The notes: generated by a model from the letters alone, not told the origin. Positions 22,392 through 32,360 are shown, numbered from the stretch's first letter. The stretch: 64,000 nt of DNA from Mycobacteriales bacterium (GCA_046595815.1 JBKJSN010000093.1:1343-65342); one strand, 5' to 3'. Numbers and translations are program-made.

Positions 22392-22817
22392 ATGACCCGA
22401 CACCGAGCCACTACCTCCAGCCGCGTGTACTCAGCAGCGCTCGTCACGGCGGGCCTCCTGGCTCTGACGGCCTGCAGCTCGAGCAGTGGCGAGGCGGACA
22501 GCACCGACGGCGGCACGAGCGCCGACGGCGTCAGCGTGGACACCGGGCTGCTCGCCTTCGACCCCAAGTCCGTCACCGTCACCAAGGGCCAGACGGTGAC
22601 CTGGGTCGGCGGGGACAACATCAGCCACATCCTCGTGCAGGGCTCCTACGAGGTGGGTGCGGATGGCCTCCGCACGAAGGAGAGCGACGACAAGGCCTTC
22701 AACCTCACGCTCAACCGCAAGGGCCAGCGCGTGACCCACACCTACAGCACGTCCGGGACGTTCACCTACTTCTGCACGATCCACAAGGGGATGAACGGCA
22801 CCGTCGTCGTCTCCTGA
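22392..22817 (+). CDS. cupredoxin (plastocyanin/azurin-like) lipoprotein
   Basis: Lipobox LTAC; AFDP..VTV..G.TVTW, SHIL, YFCTIHKGMNG type-1 copper ligands. Confidence 0.9.
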   Translation: MTRHRATTSSRVYSAALVTAGLLALTACSSSSGEADSTDGGTSADGVSVDTGLLAFDPKSVTVTKGQTVTWVGGDNISHILVQGSYEVGADGLRTKESDDKAFNLTLNRKGQRVTHTYSTSGTFTYFCTIHKGMNGTVVVS

Positions 22818-22896
22818 TCGACCCCCTCACCCCACAAGCCAGGCCGCTCGTCCGAGCGCGCCCTGACCCTGCCCACTCCCACGAAAGAAGCTCACC

Positions 22897-24135
22897 ATGC
22901 AACGCACACCGGTCAGGATCGCGGCCGTCGCACTGGGTATCGCTCTCTCAGCGACCGCCTGCGGCTCCAGCAACGACACCAAGAGCGCGTCAGCCGGCTC
23001 CCCGTCGGCGTCCGCCACCACGGGCACGGTCGGTCTGGAGGCCACGACGACCAAGGCCGTGACACTGCGTGCCGGTCTGACGTACCTCCTCGAGGAGCAC
23101 GTCCAGCTCGCCGGCATCGCGACGGGCACTGCCCTGGCGAAGAAGGGCAACCTCAAGGACCCGGCCGTGAAGGCCGCCGTCGCGGCTCTCGACGCCAACT
23201 CCGTCGCGCTGAGCAAGGCTGTGGGCTCGGCCTACCCGCAGGCGGAGGCGCCGTTCCTCGCCTCCTGGCGCCAGCACATCGGGTTCTTCGTCGACTACAC
23301 GCTCGGCAAGGCCACGAAGGACAAGGCGATGACCGCGAAGGCCATCAAGGCCCTGGACGGCTACCGCACCAGCTTCGGCCAGCTCATCAACTCCGTCGTG
23401 CCCGAGCTGCCTGCCGACGCTGTCGCCAACGAGCTCAAGCCGCACGTCGCAAGCCTCTTCGCCGCCATCGACGCCCAGGTCGCGGGGAGCCCCAAGCAGT
23501 TCGCCCTGCTCCAGGAGGCGGCCGGCCACATGCCCGGCACCGCGGCGATCCTCGCCAGCGGCATCGCGACGAACCTCAAGCTCGGGAAGACCGACACGGG
23601 CGCCGGCGACCTCCGCGCGGGGCTGACCGCCCTGCTCACCCAGCACGTCTACACGGCCGGCATCGCGATCAACACGGCCGTCGCCAAGGGCGGGAACCTG
23701 AAGGACCCGATGGTGGTCGCCGCCGTCAACGCCCTCGACGCCAACTCCGTCGCGCTGAGCAAGGCTGTCGGCGCGGCGTACCCGCAGGCGGAGGCGCCGT
23801 TCCTTGCGTCCTGGCGCCAGCACATCGGCTTCTTCGTCGACTACACGCTCGGCAAGGCGACGATGAGCGACGCGAAGGTCACGAAGGCGAAGGCCGACCT
23901 GGACGGCTACCGGACCAGCTTCGGTCAGCTCATCAACTCGGTCGTGCCCGAGCTGCCTGCTGACGCCGTCGCCAACGAGCTCACGCCGCACGTCGCGAGC
24001 CTGTTCACCGCGATCGACGCCGTCGTAGCCGGTGACCCCAGTGTCTTCACCAAGCTGCAGGCAGCCGCTGGTCACATGCCCGGTACAGCCGCGACGCTGG
24101 CCGGCGGGATCTCGCAGAACCTCAAGCTCAGCTAG
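22897..24135 (+). CDS. lipoprotein with two tandem helical His-bearing domains (family often labelled 'copper amine oxidase-like')
   Basis: Lipobox ATAC; 182-aa repeat, each copy with LL..HV, WRQHIGFFVDY, PHV, AGHM. Confidence 0.75.
   Translation: MQRTPVRIAAVALGIALSATACGSSNDTKSASAGSPSASATTGTVGLEATTTKAVTLRAGLTYLLEEHVQLAGIATGTALAKKGNLKDPAVKAAVAALDANSVALSKAVGSAYPQAEAPFLASWRQHIGFFVDYTLGKATKDKAMTAKAIKALDGYRTSFGQLINSVVPELPADAVANELKPHVASLFAAIDAQVAGSPKQFALLQEAAGHMPGTAAILASGIATNLKLGKTDTGAGDLRAGLTALLTQHVYTAGIAINTAVAKGGNLKDPMVVAAVNALDANSVALSKAVGAAYPQAEAPFLASWRQHIGFFVDYTLGKATMSDAKVTKAKADLDGYRTSFGQLINSVVPELPADAVANELTPHVASLFTAIDAVVAGDPSVFTKLQAAAGHMPGTAATLAGGISQNLKLS
23065..24129 (+). repeat. intragenic tandem duplication, period 546 nt
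   Basis: GACGCCAACTCCGTCGCGCTGAGCAAGGCTGT at 23191 and 23737, with many other near-identical blocks. Confidence 0.9.
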
Positions 24136-24152
24136 CCTTAGCACCAGCTAAG

Positions 24153-24188
24153 AGGTGGGGAGGGTCACGACCGTGACCCTCCCCACCT
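24153..24188. terminator. long perfect hairpin (terminator or mRNA stabiliser)
   Basis: AGGTGGGGAGGGTCACG-ac-CGTGACCCTCCCCACCT. Confidence 0.7.
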
Positions 24189-24213
24189 GTCTGAGTACCC
24201 CAAGGGGGGCACC

Positions 24214-24789
24214 GTGAGGGCTCACGGCGAAGGCTCGCGGACGCAGCCTGCAAGTTGGGCGAGGGTCACGGCGGCCTTGGTACTCGGGGCAGGGATCGCC
24301 GTCGCTCTCGGGGGAGTAGGACGGGCCCTGACTCCGGAGTACAGGTTGCTACCGGGTTTCGGCTTCACCGACAACCTCACCTTCAAGGCCTGGCTCGCCA
24401 GCGGCGTCCTGCTCCTCGCCGGTGGCCAGCTCCTCACGGCGCTCTGGATGTTCGGCCGCCTCCCGCTCGTCCACCGGCGGCCTGCGTGGTTGGCGCGCAC
24501 GCACCGGTCACTCGGCGCCACCGCCTTCCTGCTCAGCCTCCCCGTTGCCGCTTGCTGCCTGCTCGCCTACGGCTTCGCTCCCGCACCCCTCTCCGGCCGA
24601 ACCCTCGCGCACTCGGTGCTGGGGTGTTTGTTCTACGGGACCTTCGCCGTCAAGGTCCTGGCTGTCCGCTCAACCCGGGTCTCGCCCTGGGTTCTGCCCG
24701 TCGTGGGCGGGAGCCTGTTCACGCTCGTCGTTCTCCTCTGGATGACAAGCGCCCTGTGGTTCTTCCAGGTCACCGGAATCCACCTGTGA
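24214..24789 (+). CDS. DUF6529-like membrane protein (possible di-His haem b binding)
   Basis: KAWLAS...QLLTALWM.GRL, HRSLG, PVA..CL..YGF, HSVLGCLFYG.FAVKVL, WVLPVVGG.LF. Confidence 0.75.
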   Translation: MRAHGEGSRTQPASWARVTAALVLGAGIAVALGGVGRALTPEYRLLPGFGFTDNLTFKAWLASGVLLLAGGQLLTALWMFGRLPLVHRRPAWLARTHRSLGATAFLLSLPVAACCLLAYGFAPAPLSGRTLAHSVLGCLFYGTFAVKVLAVRSTRVSPWVLPVVGGSLFTLVVLLWMTSALWFFQVTGIHL

Positions 24790-24817
24790 CAGCCGGCCCC
24801 TGGCCGGGCCTAGCTGC

Positions 24818-25870
24818 TCAGAGACCGAGCACGCCTGACCGCGGCCGGCGTGGGCCCCCGCGGCCGAGCCACGGACCCAGGACCGGGCTTCGGAAAGCCT
24901 TGCGGAGTAGGGCATCGCGGACCGCCGTACCGTGCGAGGCCTGCAGCACCGCCCCGACGAGCAGCGACAGCCGCGTCATCTCCCGCACGTGCGGAGCCCG
25001 CAGAGCCGGGTAGTCAGCCACGCGTCCGGCGGGTAGCAGGGCACCGAGGGCCCAGGCGTCCCTGATCCCGGCGCCAAGGCCCTGCCCGGCGAAAGGCGGC
25101 ATGGTGTGGGCCGCGTCCCCCGCCAGGAGCACCCGCCCCTGGTGCCACGAGGCGGCCCGCCGGGCGCCGTACCTGTAGTCGGTCGCCCGCACGACCGGCA
25201 GCGGCACCTCGGGAGGCGCCTGCCCGTCGCGCAGCAGGAACTCCCACCGGTGCCCGCCCGGCATCGGCATGTCGACCGTCGGCATCGCTCGGTCGCAGGA
25301 GTACGTGAACCCGTCCCGGTAGCTCCCCGTCCCGTCCACGACGCGCCACCTGTGTGGCAGATCCCTTCCCTGCCAGGCGATTCCGGCCAAGGTTCGCACC
25401 GTGGAGGAGGCCCCGTCGCACCCCACGAGCCACCCGGCTCGCACCTGGCCCTCCGTCGTCCGCACGGTGACGCCGTCCGGAGACTGGGTCAGCCCCGTGA
25501 CCGCAACGCCCCGGCGTACCTCGCAGGTCAGCACTGACGCCAGCCCCGCTTCGAGCGTGGGCTGGTGGAAGAACGACAGCCCGCTGAAGCCGGCCGCCGA
25601 GCGAGGGAAGCGGATGGTCCCGAGCGGGCGGCCACCGGAGACGAACCGCACCGGCTGGTCGTGCAGCATCCCCGCGACCAGCGATGGGTCGCACGCGGCC
25701 AGGATCTGCTGGACCTCGTCGTCCGCCGCGATCGCCCGCGGCAGGGGGTAGGCCTCCGAGGCGCGCTCCACGACGAGCACAGCCATGCCCTCCCGGGACA
25801 GGCGCAGCGCGAGCACCGCGCCCACCGGGCCCAGCCCGGCGATCACCACGTCGTAGTCGTGCACTCGCAT
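24818..25870 (-). CDS. FAD-dependent monooxygenase (MhpA-like, compact)
   Basis: GLGPVG, PRAI, HQPTLE, GCDGASS, LAGDAAHTMPPFAGQG. Confidence 0.85.
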   Translation of the reverse strand: MRVHDYDVVIAGLGPVGAVLALRLSREGMAVLVVERASEAYPLPRAIAADDEVQQILAACDPSLVAGMLHDQPVRFVSGGRPLGTIRFPRSAAGFSGLSFFHQPTLEAGLASVLTCEVRRGVAVTGLTQSPDGVTVRTTEGQVRAGWLVGCDGASSTVRTLAGIAWQGRDLPHRWRVVDGTGSYRDGFTYSCDRAMPTVDMPMPGGHRWEFLLRDGQAPPEVPLPVVRATDYRYGARRAASWHQGRVLLAGDAAHTMPPFAGQGLGAGIRDAWALGALLPAGRVADYPALRAPHVREMTRLSLLVGAVLQASHGTAVRDALLRKAFRSPVLGPWLGRGGPRRPRSGVLGL

Positions 25871-25882
25871 ACCCTTCCCCAC

Positions 25883-26803
25883 ATGCTTCGCCAGGTCATC
25901 CTTGCCGCCTCCAGGAGCCGCGCGATGCGCCGCGTGGTCGAGAACGCGCCGGTCAGCAAGCAGGTGGTGCACCGCTTCGTCCCCGGTGCTTCGCTCGACG
26001 ACGCGGTCCGCGCGACGGCCGAGCTCATCACCAGTGGCCGAGCGGTGAGCATCGACTATCTCGGCGAGGACACCCTGGACGCCGCGCAGGCCAGGGCCAC
26101 GGCCGACGCCTACGTCGCCCTCCTGGCACGCCTCGGCGACGCCGGGCTGACCCGTGACGGGCGCACCGAGGTCAGCGTCAAGCTCTCCGCCGTCGGCCAG
26201 GCCTTCGACGAGACCATGGCGCTCGACCAGGCCGCCCGCATCTGTCAGGCGGCCCGCCAGGCGGGTACGACGGTGACCCTCGACATGGAGGACCACACCA
26301 CGACGGACTCGACCCTGGGCATCTTGGGCAAGCTCCGCCAGGACTTCCCCGACACCGGGGCTGTGCTGCAGGCCTACCTGCGCCGCACCGAGGCGGACTG
26401 CGCCGACCTCGCCACGCAGGGCAGCCGGGTGCGGCTGTGCAAGGGCGCGTACAAGGAGCCGGCGTCGGTCGCCTTCCAGGGAAAGCGTGACGTCGACCGC
26501 TCCTACGTCCGCTGCCTGAAGGTCCTCATGGCAGGGTCCGGCTACCCGATGCTCGCCACCCACGACCCGCGCCTGATCAAGATTGCCGGTGAGCTGGGCA
26601 AGACCCGCGCCAAGGGCAGCTACGAGTACCAGATGCTCTACGGGATCCGGCCCGGCGAGCAGGAGCGACTGGCGGCGGCGGGAGAGACAGTGCGGGTCTA
26701 TCTGCCCTATGGCGATGAGTGGTACGGCTACTTCATGCGCCGTCTCGCCGAACGCCCCGCCAACGTGACCTTCTTCCTGCGCTCGCTTGCGACGCGAGGA
26801 TGA
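25883..26803 (+). CDS. proline dehydrogenase (monofunctional)
   Basis: RFVPG, SVKLS, DMED, VLQAYLRRT, RLCKGAY, ATHD, YQMLYG, YFMRRLAERP. Confidence 0.95.
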   Translation: MLRQVILAASRSRAMRRVVENAPVSKQVVHRFVPGASLDDAVRATAELITSGRAVSIDYLGEDTLDAAQARATADAYVALLARLGDAGLTRDGRTEVSVKLSAVGQAFDETMALDQAARICQAARQAGTTVTLDMEDHTTTDSTLGILGKLRQDFPDTGAVLQAYLRRTEADCADLATQGSRVRLCKGAYKEPASVAFQGKRDVDRSYVRCLKVLMAGSGYPMLATHDPRLIKIAGELGKTRAKGSYEYQMLYGIRPGEQERLAAAGETVRVYLPYGDEWYGYFMRRLAERPANVTFFLRSLATRG

Positions 26804-27600
26804 CGACCTTCGCGCTCGTCGGGGTCGGCAAGCTCGGCGAGGCCCTGCTCTCGGGCCTGCTGCGCTCGGGCACGCCCAAGGAGGACGTGATCGGCGCTGA
26901 GCGGTACGAAGGTCGGTCGCGGGAGATCGAGGCGACGTACGGCGTGCGCACCGCCCACCCGGCCGACGCCGTCGCCCAAGCCGACGTGGTGCTGCTGGCG
27001 GTGAAGCCGCAGGACATGCGGGAGGCGCTGAAGGAGATCGCCGGCTCGGTCAAGCCGGAGACGCTGATCGTGAGCATGGCCGCGGGAATCACCACCGCGC
27101 TGCTCGAGGAGGAGCTCCCCGCGGGCACCCACGTTGTCCGCGTCATGACCAACACTCCCGTCTTCGTTGACGAGGCGATGTCGGCGATCTCCCCTGGAAG
27201 CCATGCGCAGGAGGAGCACCTCGTTCTCGTCGAGGACTTCCTGCGGCACGTCGGCCGCGTCATCCGCGTCCCCGAGCACCAGCAGGACGCCGTGACCGCC
27301 CTGAGCGGGAGCGGTCCGGCGTACTTCTTCTACCTCGTCGAGGCGATGATCGACGCCGGCATCCTGCTCGGCCTTCCGCGTGCGGTGGCGGCCGAGCTCA
27401 TCGTGCAGACCGCTGTCGGTAGCGCCCGGATGCTTCAGGAGTCCAACGAGCACCCCGTCGTGCTGCGCGAGGCCGTCATGTCGCCCGCCGGTACGACGAT
27501 CAGCGCGATCCGCGTGATGGAGGACCACGGCGTGCGGGCAGCGATGCTCGCGGCGCTGGAGGCTGCGCGCGACCGCAGCCGGGAGCTCGCCGGCGGCTGA
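26800..27600 (+). CDS. proC: pyrroline-5-carboxylate reductase
   Basis: GVGKLG, LAVKPQ, RVMTNTP, TALSGSGPAY, SPAGTT. Confidence 0.95.
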   Translation: MTTFALVGVGKLGEALLSGLLRSGTPKEDVIGAERYEGRSREIEATYGVRTAHPADAVAQADVVLLAVKPQDMREALKEIAGSVKPETLIVSMAAGITTALLEEELPAGTHVVRVMTNTPVFVDEAMSAISPGSHAQEEHLVLVEDFLRHVGRVIRVPEHQQDAVTALSGSGPAYFFYLVEAMIDAGILLGLPRAVAAELIVQTAVGSARMLQESNEHPVVLREAVMSPAGTTISAIRVMEDHGVRAAMLAALEAARDRSRELAGG

Positions 27601-27650
27601 GCGCACCGCCGATGCCGTCCGGCGGAACCCCTGAGTGGCACGCTCTGGGC

Positions 27651-28850
27651 ATGAGCGCGTCCACCCTCGTCGTCTGGGACGACGTCTTCGGGGAGTACGA
27701 CTTCGGGCCCACGCACCCGCTGCGTCCGCTGCGCCTGGAGCTCACGATGTCGCTGGCCCGCCAGCTCGGGGTGCTCGACGGTGTCGACGTGCGCGCCCCA
27801 CACGCTGCCGGTGACGACCTGCTGGAGCTCGTGCACGACCCGCTCTACATCGCCTCGGTACGGCGAGCGCCCGACGATCTGATGGGCCGGCTCTCCCTGC
27901 GCTGGGGACTGGGCACCGGGGACAACCCCGTCTTCCCCCGCATGCACGAGGCCGCGTCGCTGGTCACAGGCGCGAGCGTCGACGCGGCGCGCGCGGTCTG
28001 GGAGGGCACGCACGAGCACGCGGTGAACCTCTCCGGCGGCCTGCACCATGCGATGCGCGACCGCGCGTCCGGCTTCTGCGTGTACGACGACCCGGCCGTC
28101 GCGATCGCCTGGCTGCTCGCGGCGGGCGCCCAGCGGGTGGCTTACGTCGATGTCGACGTGCACCACGGCGACGGGGTGCAGGCGGCCTTCTACGACGACC
28201 CGCGGGTGCTCACGATCTCCTTGCACGAGAGCGGCCTGACGCTGTTCCCCGGCACCGGCTTCGCCGACGAGACGGGCATGGGGGAGGGCCAGGGCACGAG
28301 TGTCAACGTGGCCCTGCCCGCTGGCACCGGCGACGCCGGATGGCTGCGGGCCTTCCACGCGGTCGTGCCGCCGCTGCTCAGGGCCTTCGGTCCGCAGGTG
28401 CTCCTCACCCAGCACGGTTGCGACACGCACTCCCTGGACCCGCTCGCCCACCTGATGATGAGCGTCGACGGGCAGCGGATCGCCTACCGCGCGCTGCACG
28501 AGTTGGCTCACGAGGTCTGCCAGGGTCGCTGGGTCGCCCTCGGCGGGGGTGGCTACGAGCCCGTGCAGGTCGTCCCGCGCGCCTGGACCCACCTGCTCGC
28601 CGAGGCGGCGGGCACCTCCGTTGCGGGCGCGACTCCCGACGCCTGGCGGGAACAGGCCCAGGAGCGTGGCCACGAGCTCGCCCCGACCGACCTGCTGGAC
28701 GGCGCCACTGGCGCCTGGATCGCTTGGGAGCCGGCCGATCCGCTCGCGGTGGAGGGGGATCGGCTCGCCCGCGCGGTCGACGCTGCGATCAGCGCTACCC
28801 GGGAGGCTGTGTTTCCGGCGTACGGGCTGGATCCGCTGCGGGCGCTATAG
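27651..28850 (+). CDS. acuC: acetoin utilization protein / HDAC-family deacetylase
   Basis: HPLRPLR, GGLHHA, SGFCVY, DVDVHHGDG, GCD.H..DPL, GGGGY. Confidence 0.9.
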   Translation: MSASTLVVWDDVFGEYDFGPTHPLRPLRLELTMSLARQLGVLDGVDVRAPHAAGDDLLELVHDPLYIASVRRAPDDLMGRLSLRWGLGTGDNPVFPRMHEAASLVTGASVDAARAVWEGTHEHAVNLSGGLHHAMRDRASGFCVYDDPAVAIAWLLAAGAQRVAYVDVDVHHGDGVQAAFYDDPRVLTISLHESGLTLFPGTGFADETGMGEGQGTSVNVALPAGTGDAGWLRAFHAVVPPLLRAFGPQVLLTQHGCDTHSLDPLAHLMMSVDGQRIAYRALHELAHEVCQGRWVALGGGGYEPVQVVPRAWTHLLAEAAGTSVAGATPDAWREQAQERGHELAPTDLLDGATGAWIAWEPADPLAVEGDRLARAVDAAISATREAVFPAYGLDPLRAL

Positions 28851-28978
28851 CACGGTTGGGCCAAATGGGCGACTACCTGAGTCCCACGTGTCTCGATACC
28901 CTCAGGGAGCACAGGCGTGTCTGCGTCCGAGGGTGGGGAAGCCCCCGGCCATGCGTGTGCCGACGGGTGCGTGCCGCC

Positions 28979-29176
28979 ATGACTTCCAGCAACTTGAGCG
29001 AGATCCGGTTTCTCACGGTGGCCGAAGTGGCCGCGCTCATGCGCGTCTCCCGCATGACCGTCTACCGCCTGGTGCACTCCGGCGAGCTCGCCAGCGTGCG
29101 GGTGGGGCGGTCCTTCCGCGTCCCCGAACGGGCCGTGCACGTCTACCTGAGCGGTGCCTTCACCGAAGCCGGATAG
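28979..29176 (+). CDS. excisionase-like HTH DNA-binding protein (BdtA / Rv0500A-like)
   Basis: FLTVAEVAALMRVSRMTVYRLVHSGEL..VRVGRSFRVP; upstream of bS22. Confidence 0.9.
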   Translation: MTSSNLSEIRFLTVAEVAALMRVSRMTVYRLVHSGELASVRVGRSFRVPERAVHVYLSGAFTEAG

Positions 29177-29241
29177 GCCCGGTGCGCGCGACCGCTAGAC
29201 TCGCCATCTTCCGTACCGATATCTGTGAGCAGGGGTTCGAC

Positions 29242-29340
29242 GTGGGTTCCGTCATCAAGAAGCGCCGCAAGCGGATGGCCAAGAAGAAGCACCGCAAGCT
29301 GCTGAAGAAGACCCGCATCCAGCGTCGCAACAAGAAGTAG
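29242..29340 (+). CDS. 30S ribosomal protein bS22
   Basis: MGSVIKKRRKRMAKKKHRKLLKKTRIQRRNKK. Confidence 0.95.
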   Translation: MGSVIKKRRKRMAKKKHRKLLKKTRIQRRNKK

Positions 29341-29425
29341 CGCCGAGGGCAGCGGGGCGCGTCACGTACGCGTAACCGCCCCTGGGTACTCTTCGGGCTT
29401 CGACACCCACACCGGGAGGAGCCCC

Positions 29426-30484
29426 GTGAAGCCGCGCGTTGTCCTCGTCACGGGAGTGAGCCGGTACCTCGGCACCCGCCTGGCGAGCACGCTCGCGGCG
29501 GACCCGACCATCGAGCGTGTCATCGGCGTGGACACCGTTCCTCCGCGGGCGGAGACGCTGCCGCAGCTCGGGCGCACGGAGTTCGTGCGGGCTGACATCC
29601 GCAACCCCCTCATCGCCAAGGTGATCGCCCAGGCCGAGGTGGACACCGTCGTGCACATGAACGTCATCGCGACGCCCCTGGGCGCCGGTGGCCGCACGGC
29701 GATGAAGGAGATCAACGTCATCGGCACGATGCAGCTGCTCGCTGCGTGCCAGAAGTCGCCGTCGATGCGCAAGCTCGTGGTCAAGAGCACGACCGCGGTC
29801 TACGGCTCCAGCCCGCGTGACCCGGCTCTGTTCACCGAGGACGCCGAGCCGCGCGCGTTGCCCAAGTCGGGGTACGCCAAGGACGCCGTCGAGGTCGAGG
29901 GGTATGTCCGTGGCTTCGGCCGCCGCCGTCCCGACGTGACGCTGTCGCTGCTGCGCTTCACGAACTTCGTCGGGCCGGTCATCGACACTCCGCTCACCCG
30001 GTACCTGTCGCTGCCTGTCGTGCCTACCGTGTTCGGCTTCGACCCGCGCATCCAGCTGTGCCACGAGGACGACGGCATCGAGGTGCTGCGCCGCTGCACG
30101 GTCGAGGACCACCCGGGGATCTTCAACGTCGGCGGCGACGGCGTGCTGCTGCTGTCCCAGGCGGTACGCCGGGTGGGCCGGCTCTCCCTGCCGGTGCCGT
30201 CTCCGGCGGTGAACCTGGTGGCCGGGCTGTTCCGCCGCGCAGGGCTCGTGGACTTCTCCCCTGAGCAGATGCGCTACCTGGAGCACGGTCGGGTCGCCGA
30301 CACCAGCCGGCTGCGCGCCGAGCTGGGTTGGGCTCCGCGAAGCACCTCGGAGGCCATGCAGGCCTTCGTGGAGCGCGCGCCTCGGGTGTTCAACGCCGAG
30401 ACCGTCGCCGCCGCCGAGCAGCGCCTGCTCGCTCTGATGGCCGGCCGCCGTACCGCTTCTCCGAAGGAGACCGCACGTGCCTGA
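29426..30484 (+). CDS. NAD-dependent epimerase/dehydratase family (Rv0501-like)
   Basis: VLVTGVSRYLG, VRADIRNP, KEINVIGTMQL, KS...VYG. Confidence 0.9.
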   Translation: MKPRVVLVTGVSRYLGTRLASTLAADPTIERVIGVDTVPPRAETLPQLGRTEFVRADIRNPLIAKVIAQAEVDTVVHMNVIATPLGAGGRTAMKEINVIGTMQLLAACQKSPSMRKLVVKSTTAVYGSSPRDPALFTEDAEPRALPKSGYAKDAVEVEGYVRGFGRRRPDVTLSLLRFTNFVGPVIDTPLTRYLSLPVVPTVFGFDPRIQLCHEDDGIEVLRRCTVEDHPGIFNVGGDGVLLLSQAVRRVGRLSLPVPSPAVNLVAGLFRRAGLVDFSPEQMRYLEHGRVADTSRLRAELGWAPRSTSEAMQAFVERAPRVFNAETVAAAEQRLLALMAGRRTASPKETARA

Positions 30485-31427
30485 GGCTCGGGTCATCCCG
30501 CTGCGCGCCGTGGACGAGCCGCCCCGCAAGCGGGCCGTCAAGCCGCGCACAGAGGCGCCCCCGCCGCCCCCGCCCGTGGCCCCAGCGGGAGACTGGGAGC
30601 GCAAGCTCGCGGGTGGGCTGGCCTTCCTGCGTCGCCGCCTCACCGGCGATTACGAGGTGGACGAGTTCGGCTTCGACTCCGACCTCACCCACCACGTGCT
30701 CATGCCGCCGCTGCGGCCGATCTACGACAAGTGGTTCCGGGTCGAGACCCGTGGGCTGGAGAACGTGCCGGACGTCGGTGGCGCCCTCATCGTGGCCAAC
30801 CACTCAGGCACCATCCCGGTCGACGCCGTGATGGCCTCGCTGGCCGTGCACGACCACCACCCGGCCCGGCGGCACCTGCGCCTGCTCGGGGCTGACCTGG
30901 TCTTCACGATGCCCGTGGTGGCCCCCCTGGCCCGCAAGAGCGGGCAGACGCTGGCGTGCAACGCCGACGCTGAGCGCCTGCTCGCGTCCGGCGAGCTCGT
31001 CGGGGTCTTCCCCGAAGGCTTCAAGGGCGTCGGCAAGCCGTTCTCCGAGCGGTACAAGCTCCAACGCTTCGGTCGCGGTGGCTTCGTCTCCGCAGCCCTG
31101 CGCACGGGTACGCCCATCATCCCGGTGTCCATCGTGGGAGCCGAGGAGATCTACCCCCTCATCGGGAACTCCAAGACGCTGTCCCGGCTGCTCGGGCTGC
31201 CCTACGTGCCGATCACGCCGTTCTTCCCGTGGCTCGGGCCACTCGGCGCCATCCCGCTGCCGTCGAAGTGGATCATCGAGTTCGGCGAGCCGATCGAGAC
31301 CGCCCACCTGGGTGCCGCGGCCGCGGAGGACCCGATGCTGGTCTTCAACCTGACCGACCAGGTCCGCGAGACGATCCAGTCGACGCTCTACACGCTGCTC
31401 ATGCAGCGCCGCAGCGTCTTCTTCTAA
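30477..31427 (+). CDS. lysophospholipid acyltransferase family (Rv0502-like)
   Basis: [28 protein letters not shown]. Confidence 0.9.
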   Translation: MPEARVIPLRAVDEPPRKRAVKPRTEAPPPPPPVAPAGDWERKLAGGLAFLRRRLTGDYEVDEFGFDSDLTHHVLMPPLRPIYDKWFRVETRGLENVPDVGGALIVANHSGTIPVDAVMASLAVHDHHPARRHLRLLGADLVFTMPVVAPLARKSGQTLACNADAERLLASGELVGVFPEGFKGVGKPFSERYKLQRFGRGGFVSAALRTGTPIIPVSIVGAEEIYPLIGNSKTLSRLLGLPYVPITPFFPWLGPLGAIPLPSKWIIEFGEPIETAHLGAAAAEDPMLVFNLTDQVRETIQSTLYTLLMQRRSVFF

Positions 31428-32308
31428 CGCTTCAGCGACCGGCGCATCGCCGCGCCGGCCAGCACGCCGCCCACCACCAGGCCGACGCCACCCGCGGCCG
31501 GGATGCCGACCTTGGCGGCCTTGCGGCCGGTGCGGAAGTCCTTGATCTCCCAGCCCTGCTCCTTGGCCTCGGCCCGCAGCGCGGTGTCCGGGTTGATGGC
31601 CACCGCCGTACCGACCGTGGAGAGCATCGGGATGTCGTTCGCCGAATCGGAGTACGCCGTGCAGCGGGCCAGGTCGAGCCCTTGGCGCTGGGCGAGTGCC
31701 TTGACCGCCTCGGCCTTGGACGGGCCGTGCAGCGGCTCGCCGACGAGGCGGCCGGTGTACAGGCCGTTCTCGACCTCGGCGACCGTGCCGAGGGCACCGG
31801 TCAGACCGAGTCGCTTGGCGATGATGCGGGCCAACTCCACCGGCGTCGCGGTGACGAGCCAGACCCGCTGGCCTGCGTCAAGGTGCGTCTGGGCCAGAGC
31901 CCGGGTCCCGGACCAGATCCGCTCGGCCATCAGCTCGTCGTAGATCTGCTCGCCGTACTCGACGATCTCCTTCACCGACTTGCCGGCGACCAGGGACAGC
32001 GCCTTCTCGCGAGCCTCCGCGACGGCGGCGAGGTCTTCCTTGCCGGCGACCCGGAACTTCAGCTGCTGGTAGCCAAAGCGCAGCAGGTCCTTGGTCGTGA
32101 TCAGGCCCCGCCCGGCCATGCCCTTGCCGAAGAAGTAGATCGAGGCGCCGCGGATCATCGTGTTGTCCACGTCGAAGAACGCGGCCGCCGTGGGGTCGGC
32201 GGGCACCTCGAGGGACGCCTCGACCTCGGCCGCAGCTGCTGAGGCCGCACCCGCCAGCACAGCGGACACCCCGTCGCCGCTCGCCGACCTGTTGCGAAGC
32301 CTCACCAC
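31424..32308 (-). CDS. HAD-IB family hydrolase (SerB1-like)
   Basis: [25 protein letters not shown]; start uncertain (32305-32359). Confidence 0.9.
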   Translation of the reverse strand: MVRLRNRSASGDGVSAVLAGAASAAAAEVEASLEVPADPTAAAFFDVDNTMIRGASIYFFGKGMAGRGLITTKDLLRFGYQQLKFRVAGKEDLAAVAEAREKALSLVAGKSVKEIVEYGEQIYDELMAERIWSGTRALAQTHLDAGQRVWLVTATPVELARIIAKRLGLTGALGTVAEVENGLYTGRLVGEPLHGPSKAEAVKALAQRQGLDLARCTAYSDSANDIPMLSTVGTAVAINPDTALRAEAKEQGWEIKDFRTGRKAAKVGIPAAGGVGLVVGGVLAGAAMRRSLKR

Positions 32309-32360
32309 CGGATCTCCCACCTTCGACCGCGTCAGGGATGTCAGGTTCACCCTAGCCAAG

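Noticed and set aside
29371..29398. CGTAAC as a BldN -35
   Set aside because: No CGTT -10 at the required distance.
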